Shown here: in pieces, positions 37,681 to 52,922 of the stretch
Layout of the letters: every line of letters begins with the position of its first letter
Position numbering within the stretch: the first letter of the stretch is position 1
Notes under the pieces: generated by a model
Seen by the model: the letters and a program-made list of their open reading frames with translations, nothing else
Told to the model about the DNA's origin: nothing
Database searches by the model: none
Program-made: the position numbers and the translations under genes
Assembly: GCF_009914755.1 (NCBI RefSeq)
Contig: NC_060940.1
DNA length: 64,000 nt
Reading direction: 5' to 3' (one strand)
Source of the DNA: the human T2T-CHM13v2.0 reference genome, Homo sapiens

Positions 37681-38908
37681 GAGCGAGGGTCTTGCTCCGT
37701 CGCCCAGGCTGGAATGCAGTGGCGCGATTACCGCTCACTGCAGCCTCGACCTCCCCGGCTCCTTATCCTCCCGCCTCAGCCCGGCAAAGTATTGGGATTA
37801 CTGGTGTGAACCACCACGTTTGGCCATCAGTCATGGCATTAATATTAGGTTCTATGATTACAACCTCGTGGTCGTCCTTTTGTGAGCTCATGGTCTACTG
37901 TCCCAGGGACTAAAGAAAAGGCATATGTAAGCAGTTATTTTATGTGATAATAGAATTATAGCATGCACTTATGTGTGCATAGTCTGGCATATACTTCTAT
38001 TATATTAAACCTCTATTATTTCTTTATTTATTTTTGAGACGGAGTTTCGCCCAGGCTAGAGTGCAATGGCGCGATCTTGGCTCTCCGCAACCTCCGCCTC
38101 CTGGGTTCAAGCGATTCTCCTGCCTCAACCTCCCAAAGTGCTGGGATTACAGGCATGAGCCACCACGCCCGGTCTTTATTTTTTATTTGTTTATTTTTTT
38201 TTTGAGACGGAGTCTTGCTCTGTCACCCAGGCTGGAATGCTGTGGCGCGATCTCGGCTCACTGTAAGCTCCGCCTCCCGGGTTGAAGCGATTCTCCTGCC
38301 TCAGTCTCCCCAGTAGCTGGAATTTCAGGCGCCCGCCACCCCCTCCGGCTAATTTTTGAATGTTAAGTAGAGACGGGGTTTCACCATGCTGGCCAGGCTG
38401 GTCTCAAAGTCTTGACCTCAAGTAGCCAGCCACCATGCCCAGCTGATTTTTGTATTTTCGGTAGACACGGTGTTGTACCGTATTGGCCAGGCTGGTCTTG
38501 AACTTCTGACCTTGTGATCTGCCTGCCTCGGCCTCCCAAAGTGCTGAGATTACAGGCGTGAGCCACCGCGCCCTGCCGTATTTTATTTATTTTTGAGACG
38601 GAGTCTCCCTCTGTCGCCCAGCCTGGAGTGCAGTGGCGCGATCTCGGCTTCCTGCATCCTCTGACTCCTGGGTTCAAGCGATTCTCCTGTCTCAGTCTCC
38701 CCAGTAGCTGGGATTACAGGCACCCGCCATCATTCCCGACTAACTTTTTTTTTGTACTTTTGCAGAGACGGGGTTCCGCCATGTTGGCCAGGCTGGTCTT
38801 AAACTCCTAACCTCAGGTGATCCGCCCACCTCAGCCTCCCAAAGTCCTCGGATTACAGCTGTGAGCCAGAACGCCAGGCCCCTGCTCTCTATTTAAAATA
38901 AATAAATA

Positions 38909-39835
38909 GGGTGTCCGTTGGGCTGCTCGGGTCGGATTCCGCGGTGCCAGCCCTTCCCCATGGCCGACCCTGAGAAGTTGCAGGTTTCTTCGCCGCCCCC
39001 GCCGCCTCCTTCTCCCTCCTCTTCAGACGCCTCTGCAGCATCTTACCCTGGCAGCCCAGTGAGTTTGGGCTGGCCAGTTCCGAGCAGGAGCAGCGGCCGA
39101 ACGGTGGACCCGCTGGAGGAAGTGGAGCTGCAGATCGGAGACGCAGCCTTTTCATTAACCAAACTTCTTGAAGCCACATCTGCAGTATCAGCTCAAGTGG
39201 AAGAACTTGCCTTCAAATGTACAGAAAAGGCACGTTTCCTTAAAACGTGGCGGGACCTATGGAAAGAAGGCTATGATTCTTTGAAACCTGATGACTAATT
39301 TGGCATACTTCGTTGTTTAATAATGACTGCAATAATTCATACTTCTTCTTATGTCATATTTGTACGTGTACCACACGTATAGGATGACCTCTGTCCAGCA
39401 GTTCTGTATATACTCAGAATGAATTTTTTCTTGGTTTTCTTGGCTTTTCTGAAAGCAGAATACCGATGCTATTTTTGTTGCGGACCAGTACTTGTTTGTC
39501 CTTACATACTTCATGCCTCTGAACTTTCGTAGAATCCTTTATGAAAGTTAACTTCATCAATAGATGGTTAATATTAATAGAGCCACAGGGCTACCAGCAG
39601 CAAACTAGGTGGACCATTATTTGTTTTGAAACAAGATGCTAAGCATGGCAGAGTTTGAAGTTGCATTTCATCTTAAGGACCAAGGGAGGTAACTTTAAGG
39701 TTGCCAGTGGTAGATCCAGCTCCATTAGGCTACGTTGTCTACAGCTAATGATTGTGCTTCATTCTGTATCCCCAGCACCTAAAACAGGGTCACACAACAC
39801 TCACTGTTGGTTGAATACAAGAATTAACAAACATA
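38909..39835 (+). pseudogene. C4orf46P1: Processed retrocopy of C4orf46 (5' UTR fragment, intronless ORF, partial 3' UTR)
   Basis: ORF 38960-39298 [25 protein letters not shown]...[11 protein letters not shown] recognised as C4orf46; no intron; flanked by AAAATAAATAAATA direct repeats (38895-38908 and 39836-39849) after a TTT/AAAA L1 endonuclease site. The pseudogene number is from memory. Confidence 0.85.
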
Positions 39836-40232
39836 AAAATAAATAAATAAATATAGGCCGGGTGTGGTGGCATGTGCCTCTAGTCCCAGCCACTCGAAGC
39901 TGAGGTTGGAGGATGGATTGAGCCTGGGTGGTTGAGGTTGCAGTAAGCTGTGATCACACCACTGCATGGCAGCCTGGGCAAAAGAACGAGACCCTGTCTT
40001 GGCCAGGCACGGTGGCTCACACCTGTGATCCCAGCACTTTGGGAGGCCAAAAAAAAAAAAAAAGAATGAGACCCTGTCTCAAAAATGAAATTAAAACTTA
40101 AAAAACATGCCAGGCTGGGGGCAGTGGCTCATGCCTGTAATCCCAGCACTTTGGGAGGCCGAGGCAGGCGATCACCTGAGGTCAGGAGTTTGAGGCCAGA
40201 CTGACCAACATGGAGAAACCCCATCTCTACTA

Positions 40233-40415
<183 letters not shown>

Positions 40416-40845
40416 TCACAGTGGCTCACGCCTGTAATCCCAACACTTTGGGAGGCCGAGGTGGGTGGATCACAAGGTCAGGAGTTCAAGACCAGCCTGG
40501 CCAACATGGTGAAATCCTGTCTCTACTAAAAATACAAAAAAACTAGCCTGGTGTGGTGGCACACGCCTGTAGTTCCAGCTACTCAGGAGGCTGAGGCGGG
40601 AGAATCACTTGAACCCAGGAAGCGGAGGTTGCAGTGAGCCAAGATTGTGCCGCGGCACTCCAGCCTGGGCGATAAAGGGAGACTCCATCTCAAAAAAAAA
40701 ACAGGCCAGGAGTGGCCTATTTTGACACTCCACCTCAAAAAAATTAATTAATTAAAAAATAAAATTTAAATTTTAAAAAATCATTTCACAAATGATAATT
40801 TAATATGATTGCTGCCCTGGAAGGGGGAAAAAAGACTTACTCTAA

Positions 40846-41216
<371 letters not shown>

Positions 41217-42179
41217 TAAATAATGTATTAAGGCATGACTTTGCTTCCAATTGGCCATTTGAACAAAGCAATTAAATCATCTGAATTACGCACCTACCAA
41301 ACTGCCACAGTTATTAGAAATCAGACAACTGCCAGGCACAGTGGCCCATGCTTGAAATCCCAGCACTTTGGGAGGCCAAAGCAGGAGATCACTTGAGTCC
41401 AGGAGTTCAAGACCAGCCTGGTTAATATGGCAAAACCCCATGTCTACAAGAAAGGAAAAAAATTAGCTGGGCATGGTGGCTTACAGCTGTAGTCCTAGCT
41501 ACTCCGGAGGCTGAGGTGAGAAGATCACTTGTGCCTGGGAAGCAGAGGTTGCAGTAAGCTGTGATCCCGCCACTGCACTTGAGCCTGAGGGACAGAGGGA
41601 GACCCCATCCTTTTTTTTTTTTTTTTTGAGACGGAGTTTCACTCTAGTTGCCCAGGCTGGAGTGCAATGGCAAGATCTCAGTTCACCGCAAACTCTTGCC
41701 TCCCAGGTTGAAGCAACTCTCCTGCCTCAGCCTCCCAAGTAGCTATGATTACAAGCACGCGCCACCAAGTCCAGCTAATTTTGGATTTTTAGTAGAGACT
41801 GGGTTTATACATGTTGGTCAGGCTGGTCTTGAACTCCCGACCTCAGGTGATCCACCTGCCTCGGCCTCCCAAAGTGCTGGGATTACAGGCATGAGCCCCT
41901 AGCCTTTTTTTTTTTTTTTGAGACACGGTCTGGCTCTGTCGCCCAGGCTGGAGTGCAGTGGCGCAGTCTAAGCTCACTGCAACCTCCGCCTCCTGGGTTC
42001 ACGCCATTCTCCTGCCTCAGCCTCCTGAGTAGCTGGGACTACAGGCGCCCGCCACCACGCCTGGCTAATTTTTTGTATTTTTAGTAGAGACGGGGTTTCA
42101 CAGTGTTAGCCAGGATGGTCTCGATCTCCTGACCTTGTAATCCGCCCGCCTCGGCCTCCCAAAGTGCTGGAATTACAGG

Positions 42180-43250
42180 CGTGAGCCACCGCCCCCGGCC
42201 CTGGCACCGTATTTCAAGGCCGAAAATTCGCATCCTCAGTGCCAGCAATTCTCCTCGTGGTCAAAGAGGAGAAACACTGGGGAGAGCACCCGGAAGCGGG
42301 GGCGAGGACGCAGATCGGGGGTCGACGTCAAGAAAGAAGGCGGGAAGAGGACAAGGTCGGGAGAGGACGAGGAGGGGAGCGAGGACGCAGAGAAGGAGGG
42401 GAAAGAGGACGGAGAGGAGCGAGGACGGAGGGGGGACGGGAACGAAGAGGGGCGAGGACGTTCAGCATCCATTGCGACAGCGACAAACAGGACACCGCCA
42501 GGTTCCCGGCGGAGGCAGCGCCCAAGATCCCCGTTGCCGAGCAACCGAAGCATGGCGGTGGGGCGGGGTCGGAGCCTGCGCATTTCCGCCCCCGCCCGCC
42601 CGGCTGGTCGGAAGTGACGCCAGGGGGCGGGGCCAGCGGCGCGGGCGGGTGAGAGGCCGCGGCGGCAGGTGAGTGAGCGCGGCCTCGTACTCGCGCGTGC
42701 ACGCCGCAGGGGCGCCGCAGGCCGCCCCTTCGCTCTGGGACCCCGGCCCCCAGGTTCCCCAGTCCCTCGGCCCCTGGAGGACCCCGCCGTGCTGCCCCCT
42801 AGCTCCTCCGCCTTCCCGAGTCGGGTGCGGGCCGGGAGGCTGCGGCGGGGCCCCAAGTCCCTCAGCGGGTCGGCAGCAGCGCCTCTGGAGGCTGATTCTT
42901 TCGGGTTTCCCCCATTGCCGCAGCCTGGGTTTCAGTGGCATTCAGAACAAGCCCACATGTTCCTCAAAGCGGGGTTTTACCTCCCGGTAGGGAGCTCCCC
43001 GCCGTGGCGCAGCGTAGGTGAGCCGGCCGTGGTCGCTTTCGCTCTTGGTGCCGCCTGGGTTGCCTGAGAGTGTTTTTTTATGGTGGAAGAATGTGGATGA
43101 GAAGCCTCACGGGGGTCGGAGAGGTGTGTCCTCTCTCGGGACGCTGTCTGCAAGCTTGTCCGTCCGGCACCCCGGGAAAGCTCCCCGAGCGCAGCCGAGG
43201 TTGCTCGTCTGTGGGAGGGACTCAGGCATAGAACACAAAACAGAGGCTAG
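42180..43250 (+). promoter_or_regulatory. FAM234A: FAM234A CpG island promoter
   Basis: High CpG density; overlapping ETS-CRE motif CGGAAGTGACG at 42609-42619; GC boxes at about 42561, 42586 and 42623. Confidence 0.9.
42620..42668 (+). other. FAM234A: FAM234A non-coding exon 1 (TSS approximate)
   Basis: Strong donor CAG|GTGAGT at 42668/42669 just downstream of the ETS-CRE and GC boxes. Confidence 0.75.
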
Positions 43251-43519
43251 ATGGGAGGAAAACACTGGGATTAGCGTTCCTGGCTCTCCCCTACGTTCGT
43301 TGGCCGAGAGTTGTCAAGGAGAGAGTTTGCCCTTGGACAGACTGATAGGATATCAGGGTAGGCAATTTCACTTACTCTCTGGTTCTAAACCTTGTGATTC
43401 CAGCTGAGGAGGCTGTGACGCGCTCCCTTCCATGTACTGGCTGCCGGTGTCTTTACGGCGCCAGCATCAGATTACACTACTTCCCTTATTGCAATTTCAG
43501 TCTGCATCCAATTAGAGCA

Positions 43520-43665
43520 GAATAACTCAACAAATACTCTCCGAGTGTCTGCTGGGAACCAGGGATGGTTGTAGGAGCTAAGGATATAGTACTCCACGAA
43601 AGAACTTCCTGTCCTCAAGGAGCTTCTATTCTACTGGAGGGTACAGATAGTAAATTAGATAAATA
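43520..43665 (-). mobile_element. L2 3'-end fragment
   Basis: actcaacaaatactctccgagtgtctgct...cctgtcctcaaggagcttctattctactgg resembles an L2 terminus. Confidence 0.6.
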
Positions 43666-44413
43666 AAAAATGGAGCTTGCTGGGCCGGCGCGGTGGCTCA
43701 CGCCTGTCATCCCAGCACTTTGGGAGGCCGAGGCAGGCGGATCACCTGAGGTCAGGAGTTCGAGACCAGCATGGCCAACATGGTGAAATCCCGTCTCTAC
43801 TAAAAATAAAAAAATTAGCTGCGTATGGTGGCAGGTGCCGGTAATCCCAGTTACTCGGGTTCAAGCGATTCTCCCCACTCAGCCTCCCAAGTAGCTGTGA
43901 TTACAGGTGCCCGCCACCACACCCAGCTAATTTTTTTTATTTTTTATTTTTAGTAGGGGTTTCACCATGTTGGCCAGGCCAGTCTCAAACTCCTGACCTC
44001 AGGTGATCCACTCGCCTCGGCCTCCCAAAGTGCTGGGATTACAGGTGTGAGCCACCGCAACTGGCCCTCTTTTTTTCCTTTTGCTCCACCCTCCTGAGTA
44101 TCTGGGACTACAGGCATGTGCCACCATATTTATTTTTCTTAAAAATTTTTTTTGGGTGGGCGCAGTGGCTCATGCCTGTAATCCCAGCACTTTGGGAGTT
44201 TGGGGTAGGCGGATCACTAGGTCAAGAGATCGAGACCATCCTGTCCAACATGGTGAAATCCCGTCTCTACTAAAAATATAAAAATTAGCTGGGTGTGGTG
44301 GCGCACACCTGTAGTCCCAGCTACTTGGGAGGCTGGGGCAGGAGAATAGCTTGAACCCGAGAGGCAGAGGTTGCAGTGAGCCGAGATTGCACCACTACGC
44401 TCTGGAGACATAG

Positions 44414-44742
<329 letters not shown>

Positions 44743-45059
44743 TTATTTTGTAGGGATGGGGTCTCTCTTTCTCAGTCTGGTCCTGAACTCCTGTGCCCAA
44801 GCAACCCTCCTTTGTTGGCCTCCTGAAGTGCTGGAATTATAAGTGTGAGCCACTGCGCCCAGCCTGTTTATTTATTTATGTATTTTTTTAAAAAAATATG
44901 TAGATGGGTTCTCACTGTGTTGCCCAGGCAGGTCTCAAACTCCTGGCTTCAAGCAGTCCTCCTGCCTTGGCCTCGCAAAGTGTTAGGATTACAGGTGTGA
45001 GCCACCATGCCCACCCCTTCTTTTTCTTTTCAGGCTCCTTGCTTCCATTCTGCTGACTT

Positions 45060-45490
45060 CTAATGGTTGTCTGCTGCTTGTAACAACACAAAGTTTAATG
45101 GATTAAAGTGACGAATATTTATTATCCAACAGTTTCTGTGGGTCAGGAATTGATCAGTGGCTTATCTGGGTGATTATGACTTCGGGTCTCATGGAGTTGC
45201 AGCCAAGATGTTGGCTGGGGCTGCAGGTGTCTAAAAGCTGGATGGAGTCTTTTCTGTTTTTTCTAGAGGTCGAAAATTTAAAAAGAACAAATAAAATAAA
45301 AGCTGGACCAGGGCTGGAGGATCTGATTCCAAGATGGCTCACTCACAAGGCTAGTGACTGGAAGCCTCAGTTCCCTCTTGGCTGGTGGCAGGAGCCCTCA
45401 GTTCCTTGCATCATGGAACTTTCCTTAGGGCCCATGTCCTCACATGGTAATTATCTTCCCTTAGAGCAAGTGATCTCGGAGTGAAAGTGG
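45060..45490 (-). mobile_element. MLT1-type MaLR LTR
   Basis: agtttctgtgggtcaggaatt...cagccaagatgttggctggggctgcag...ttccaagatggctcactcaca is typical of MLT1. Confidence 0.7.
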
Positions 45491-46389
45491 AAGGTTTCCA
45501 CCACAAAACCTGTTAATGAAATTCTTTTTTTTTTTTTTTTGAGACAGAGTCTTCCTCTGTCACCCAGGCTGGAGTGCAGTGACGTGATCTTGGCTCATTC
45601 CGCCTCCCTGGTCCAGCTATTCTCTTGCCTCAGCCTCTGGAGGAGCTGGGACTACAAGCACGTACTACCACGCCCAGCTATTTTTTTTATTTTTAGTAAA
45701 GACGGGGTTTCACCATGTTGGCTGGGCTCGTCTCAAACTCCTGGCCTCAGGTGATCCTCCCGCCTCGGCCTCCCAAAGTGCTAGGGTTACAGACTTGAGC
45801 CACCGTGCCTGGCCTATGTTATTTATTTTTATTTATTTATTTATTTTGAGATGGATTCTCGCTCTGTTGCCCAGGCTGGAGTGCAGTGGCTCCATCTTGG
45901 CCCACTGCAACCCCCGCCTCCCAGGTTCAAGCGATTCTCCTGCCTCAGCCTCCTGAGTAGCTGAGATTACAGGTGTGCATCACCATGCCGGGCTAATTTT
46001 TGTGTTTTTGGTAGAGACGAGGTTTCGCCATGTTGGCCAGGCTGGTCTTGAACTCCTGATGTCAAGTGATCTGCCCATCTTGGCTTCCCAAAGTGCTGGA
46101 ATTAGAAGCATGAACCACCGCCCCCGCCCCTGTCCGAACATTTTTAAACCACTATGCAGCTTACCACTCCTGTGGGACAAGAGTGCCTGGTCCTATGATT
46201 TCAGCTGGGGTGCTGGCCGTAATCTCTGGGAATCTGATTAGTTAGCTAGGGCCAGGCCTAATTTATTAATGAATGCATTAATAAATTACTGTTCTGGCCA
46301 GGCACGGTGGCTCACGCCTGTAATCCCAGCCCTTTGGGAGGCCAAGGGGGGCAGATCATGAGGTCAGGAGATCGAGACCATCCTGGCTA

Positions 46390-46681
<292 letters not shown>

Positions 46682-46786
46682 TCAGGAGATCGAGACTATC
46701 CTGGCTAACATGGTGAAACCCCATCTCTACAAAAAAAAAAAAATTAGCCGGGTGTCATGGCACGTGCCTGTAGTCCCAGCTACTCA

Positions 46787-47142
<356 letters not shown>

Positions 47143-47831
47143 TTAAAAAATTTTTAAAAAAACCCTGCAAACTTGGTGAATTTTTTACCGACTCGTGCTT
47201 TGCAAAATTCTTCATGGAACTTAGATTATATCAGAATGTAAAAAAAAAAAAAAAAAAAAAAGAATGCTGACTCCTAACCAAATAACTATGAAGCAGATGC
47301 TGAGAGATCAAAGGAGCAAATCTAAAAATCATCAGAGATGGGGCCTGGGGGAGAAGTATGCTGGCTTATAGATGAAAATGACTGGCTCTGTGTTGATAAC
47401 TGTTGATAACTGTTGGACCTGGGTAATGGGTTTATGAGGCTGGTGTTCTCTACTTTTGTTAATGTTTGAGCATTTACATAATAAAGGTTTTTTTTTTTTC
47501 ATTGTATATAGAAATGAGGACTCACTATGTTGCCCAGGCTGGCCTCAAATTCCCGGGCTCAAGTAGTCCTCCCTCCTCTGCCTCTTGAAGTGCTGAGATT
47601 ATAGGCATGAGACACCACACCTGGATCAAAGGTTAAAAAAATAATGATAAAAGAAGTAAGTTGAGGCTACTGTGGGCACACTGCCCATGGGTTAGCCCTG
47701 CTGTGCAAGGATCAGAAAAAAAAAAAAAAGAAATTGAAGCTAAGGCCTAATTAACTGGCTTATCTTGTAGAGTTTAGCAGAAGTGACCAAGTTTAGAGTT
47801 ATACTTTATCTTTTTCTTTCTCTGCCCCCTA

Positions 47832-48221
<390 letters not shown>

Positions 48222-48224
48222 TCA

Positions 48225-48575
<351 letters not shown>

Positions 48576-49209
48576 CTATCAGCTGTTCGCCCTCAACTTA
48601 TTTTTAGGAGGCATTGTGAGCCCTTCTCAAGTACTGTAAAAGTTTTTCAGTTCTGCAAAGGAAAGGAACTTGTGTTTGGGCTTTTGAGTGCTGACTGCAT
48701 GTGCTGTGATACTTTTGCCTTTGTCATGGAACCATGATCTTTAAAGTGGTTCTGGAAAAATGGTTATGGGCCTGTTCTTTGTCTTGAGATTATTCTTGGT
48801 GGAGAGAGAAATAGCTGCTTGCTGTAAACAACTGGACACAGTAGCTGTCCTTGTCTGACATCTGCTTTGCTCAGCTGAAACATCTGCCTCATTGGCTGTT
48901 GTGGGTGTCTCTGAAGCTCATGTTGAATTGCTGTCAAATGCCCAGCGTGTTCTTGGTGGTGACACAGCCACATTGTGTAAATACATTTCTTAAGTCATTT
49001 GTGTGTATAGCAGCTGGATTTGGGGACAAGCATTTGGGCACACTCGCTACAAGATTGGTTAGTGATTATGGATGATGAAGTCTGTCGGAAAATTCAGATC
49101 TTGATTGTGAGTTATCTTACTTGTCTTTTAAGTTCTCTTTCATCCATTTGGCTCAGGGGACACAGCAGACATCTTCCTGGCCTTAAATAGCTTTCTTTCT
49201 GCCAGGTAA

Positions 49210-49581
<372 letters not shown>

Positions 49582-51379
49582 TAGGCCTCCTAAAGTGCTG
49601 AGATTACAGTTGTGAGCTACCACACCCAGCTGGGCTTATTATTTTTAATCCATTGACAAAATCTTTTCAGTTTCTGTTTCTAACTGGTGAAACTAGATAG
49701 TAACATTAATCTATAATCATAGTTTTCCTCTAAATATTAACTAAATATTTTATCCATTTAAAACACTGTTTTCTTCTCTTTTTTTTGAGACAGGGTCTTG
49801 CCCTGTTGCCTAGACTGGAATGCAGTGGTGTGATCTCCGCTCACCTCCCAGGCTCAAGGGAACCTCAGTCTCTCGCACAGCTGGGACTAGAGGCACATAC
49901 CACCATACCCGGCTAGTTTTTGTATTTTTTTGTGGAGGTAGGGTTTTGTCATGTTGCCCAGGCTGGTCTCGAACTCCTGCGCTCGAGTGATCTTCCTGCC
50001 TCCTGCTGTAGCCTCCCGAAGTTGCTGGGATTACAAATGTATGCTACTGTGCCTAGCCTTAAAACACTTATCTTGACCGCAGAGGAGGTCTACACAAAAA
50101 GAAAGAAAAAAAAAAAGCTGTCTGCTTCAGGCTGGGCACGGTGGTTCACACCTGTCATTCTAGCACTTCGGGAGGCAGAGGTGGGAGGATCACATGAACC
50201 CAGGAGTTACAGAGGAGCCTGGGCAACATAGTGAGGCTCTCATTTCTACAAAAAATTTAAAGATTAGCTGAACAAAAATTAGCTGGTGCATGCCTGTGCT
50301 CCCAGCTACTGGGGAGCCTGAGGCGGGAGGATCTCTTGAGCCCGGGGATTCAAGGCTGCAGTGAGCCATGATTGCACCACTTCATTCCAGCCTGGGCAAC
50401 AGAGCAAGACCCTGTGTCAAAAAAAAAAAAGTTTTCATCAAATTTCTGCAATTAAAAAAATTAGAGGCCGGGCGCGGTGGCTCAGGCCTGTAATCCCAGC
50501 ACTTTGGGAGGCCGAGGCGGGCGGATCACGAGGTCAGCAGATCGAGACCATCCTGGCTAACACAGTGAAACCCCATCTCTACTAAAAATACAAAAAATTA
50601 GCCGGGCTTGGTGGCGGGCACCTGTAGTCCCAGCTACTGGGGAGGCTGAGGCTTGAAACCAGGAGGCGGAGGTTGCAGTGAGCCAAGATTGCACCACTGC
50701 ACTCCAGCCTGGGCGACAGAGCGAGACAACGTCTCAAAAAAAAAAAAAAAAAAGGCAATTAGAATGAGACTTTTGTTTTTATTTTCTGTTCTCTGTGACT
50801 CAGTAAACTTCTTAGAGAAAGAACTCTTGGAGAAAAGGGAGAGACCTGTCACTTCCTTTCTGCATGGACTGTGGTATTCCTGCCCCACCCCTGCCGAAAT
50901 GTTAATGAGCTGTGCAAACTACTGCTGGATTGTTTTGTTCTTCCCCCTAATCAGAGTTTCCACTCAGGACTGGGTAGCCTGTGGACTCCCTGGAGGACAG
51001 ATAGGTGTGGCAGCCTCAGTGGCCTAGAGTGGACAGCTGGTTTACCGATAGTCCTTTTTTTTGAGACAGAGTCTTGGTCTATCACCCGGGCTGGAGTGCA
51101 GTAGTACGATCTTGGCTCACCACATCCCCTACCTCCCAGGCTGAAGTGATTCTCGTGCTTCAGCCTTCCCAGTAGCTGAGACTATAGGCAGACACCAACA
51201 TACCCACCTAATTTTGTATTTTTAGTAGAGTCGGGGTTTCACCATGTTGGCCAGCCTGGTCTTGAACTCCTGTCCTCCAGTGATCTGTCCACCTCGGCCT
51301 CCCAAAATGCTGGGTTTATAGGCACGAGTCACCGCGGGCTTACTGATAGTTCTGTAGGCCAGGGGAATAATCCGTTTGA

Positions 51380-51583
<204 letters not shown>

Positions 51584-51609
51584 TGATGCACATCACCACG
51601 CCTGGTTAA

Positions 51610-51990
<381 letters not shown>

Positions 51991-52802
51991 TAGAGATGGG
52001 GTCTCCCCATGTTGCCCAGACTGGTCTCGAACACCTGGCCTCAAGTCATCCTCCTGCCTCAGCCTCCCAAAGCACTAGGATTATAGGCGTGAACCACCCT
52101 GCCCGGCCATGAAGTTAAATTTTTGGTTATTAGCTTGTTGAGTTCTGTTTTCTGTTTTTTTAAATAGCCACATGGCCTGACTCTCTGTGGTCAATGGTAT
52201 GGATGCTAAAGTAGAGCAAGGACAGTGCCCTGCTCAAGTCTCTCTGACCTGGGTCCATGGGGATTTTCTCTGCCAGTCAGGTTCCTGAAGCTCTGGCTAC
52301 GGCTCCTGGTATTTTTAATGACCGCAGTAGAGAAAAACATTGGTATCTTCTTGCTGTTGATGAGCAAATCTTTGGACCTGTCTCATGGTGTCTTTATTTG
52401 CAAACTGGTTGAATCATGAACTGCCTGGCTTTGGCTGCCTTGCCGTTGTGGCTTTTAATAACTACCCCTATTTCTGGTGGCTCAGTCAAGTTTCCAAAAA
52501 GGAAGTCTTACCTGGAGATCCTGTGAAGGAATTCCTGACCAGCTTTTTAATTTTCCAAAGACAGGCCTTATTCGTGTTAAACACACACCCCTTTTCTGTG
52601 GCCAGGCCGGTGTGAAAGCATGTGCAGAGGCTGTATAGCAGTAAGAGTTCCCACCCCTTGGGGCATTTTCATTGTCACCACATTGTCTGACTTTGGAGAC
52701 GACCCCTTTTAAACTCTGGCATTTGCTCAGGTAAGTATTTGGGGAGTATTGTTATAAATGCTGTGCATATCCGTTTTTTCCCCACAGTGGAAAGGAAAAT
52801 GA

Positions 52803-52922
<120 letters not shown>

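Noticed and set aside
38889-39179. 96-aa antisense ORF over the retrocopy, and the 14-aa N-terminal extension of ORF 38918
   Set aside because: The antisense ORF is a shadow frame; the extension starts at a TTG in the parental 5' UTR, and the real start is ATG 38960.
42181-43407. ORFs up to 206 aa on both strands at the FAM234A promoter
   Set aside because: GC-rich low-complexity frames with no recognisable domain.
47391-47415. TGTTGATAAC x2.5 tandem repeat
   Set aside because: A small slippage duplication inside an old L1 fragment with no evident function.
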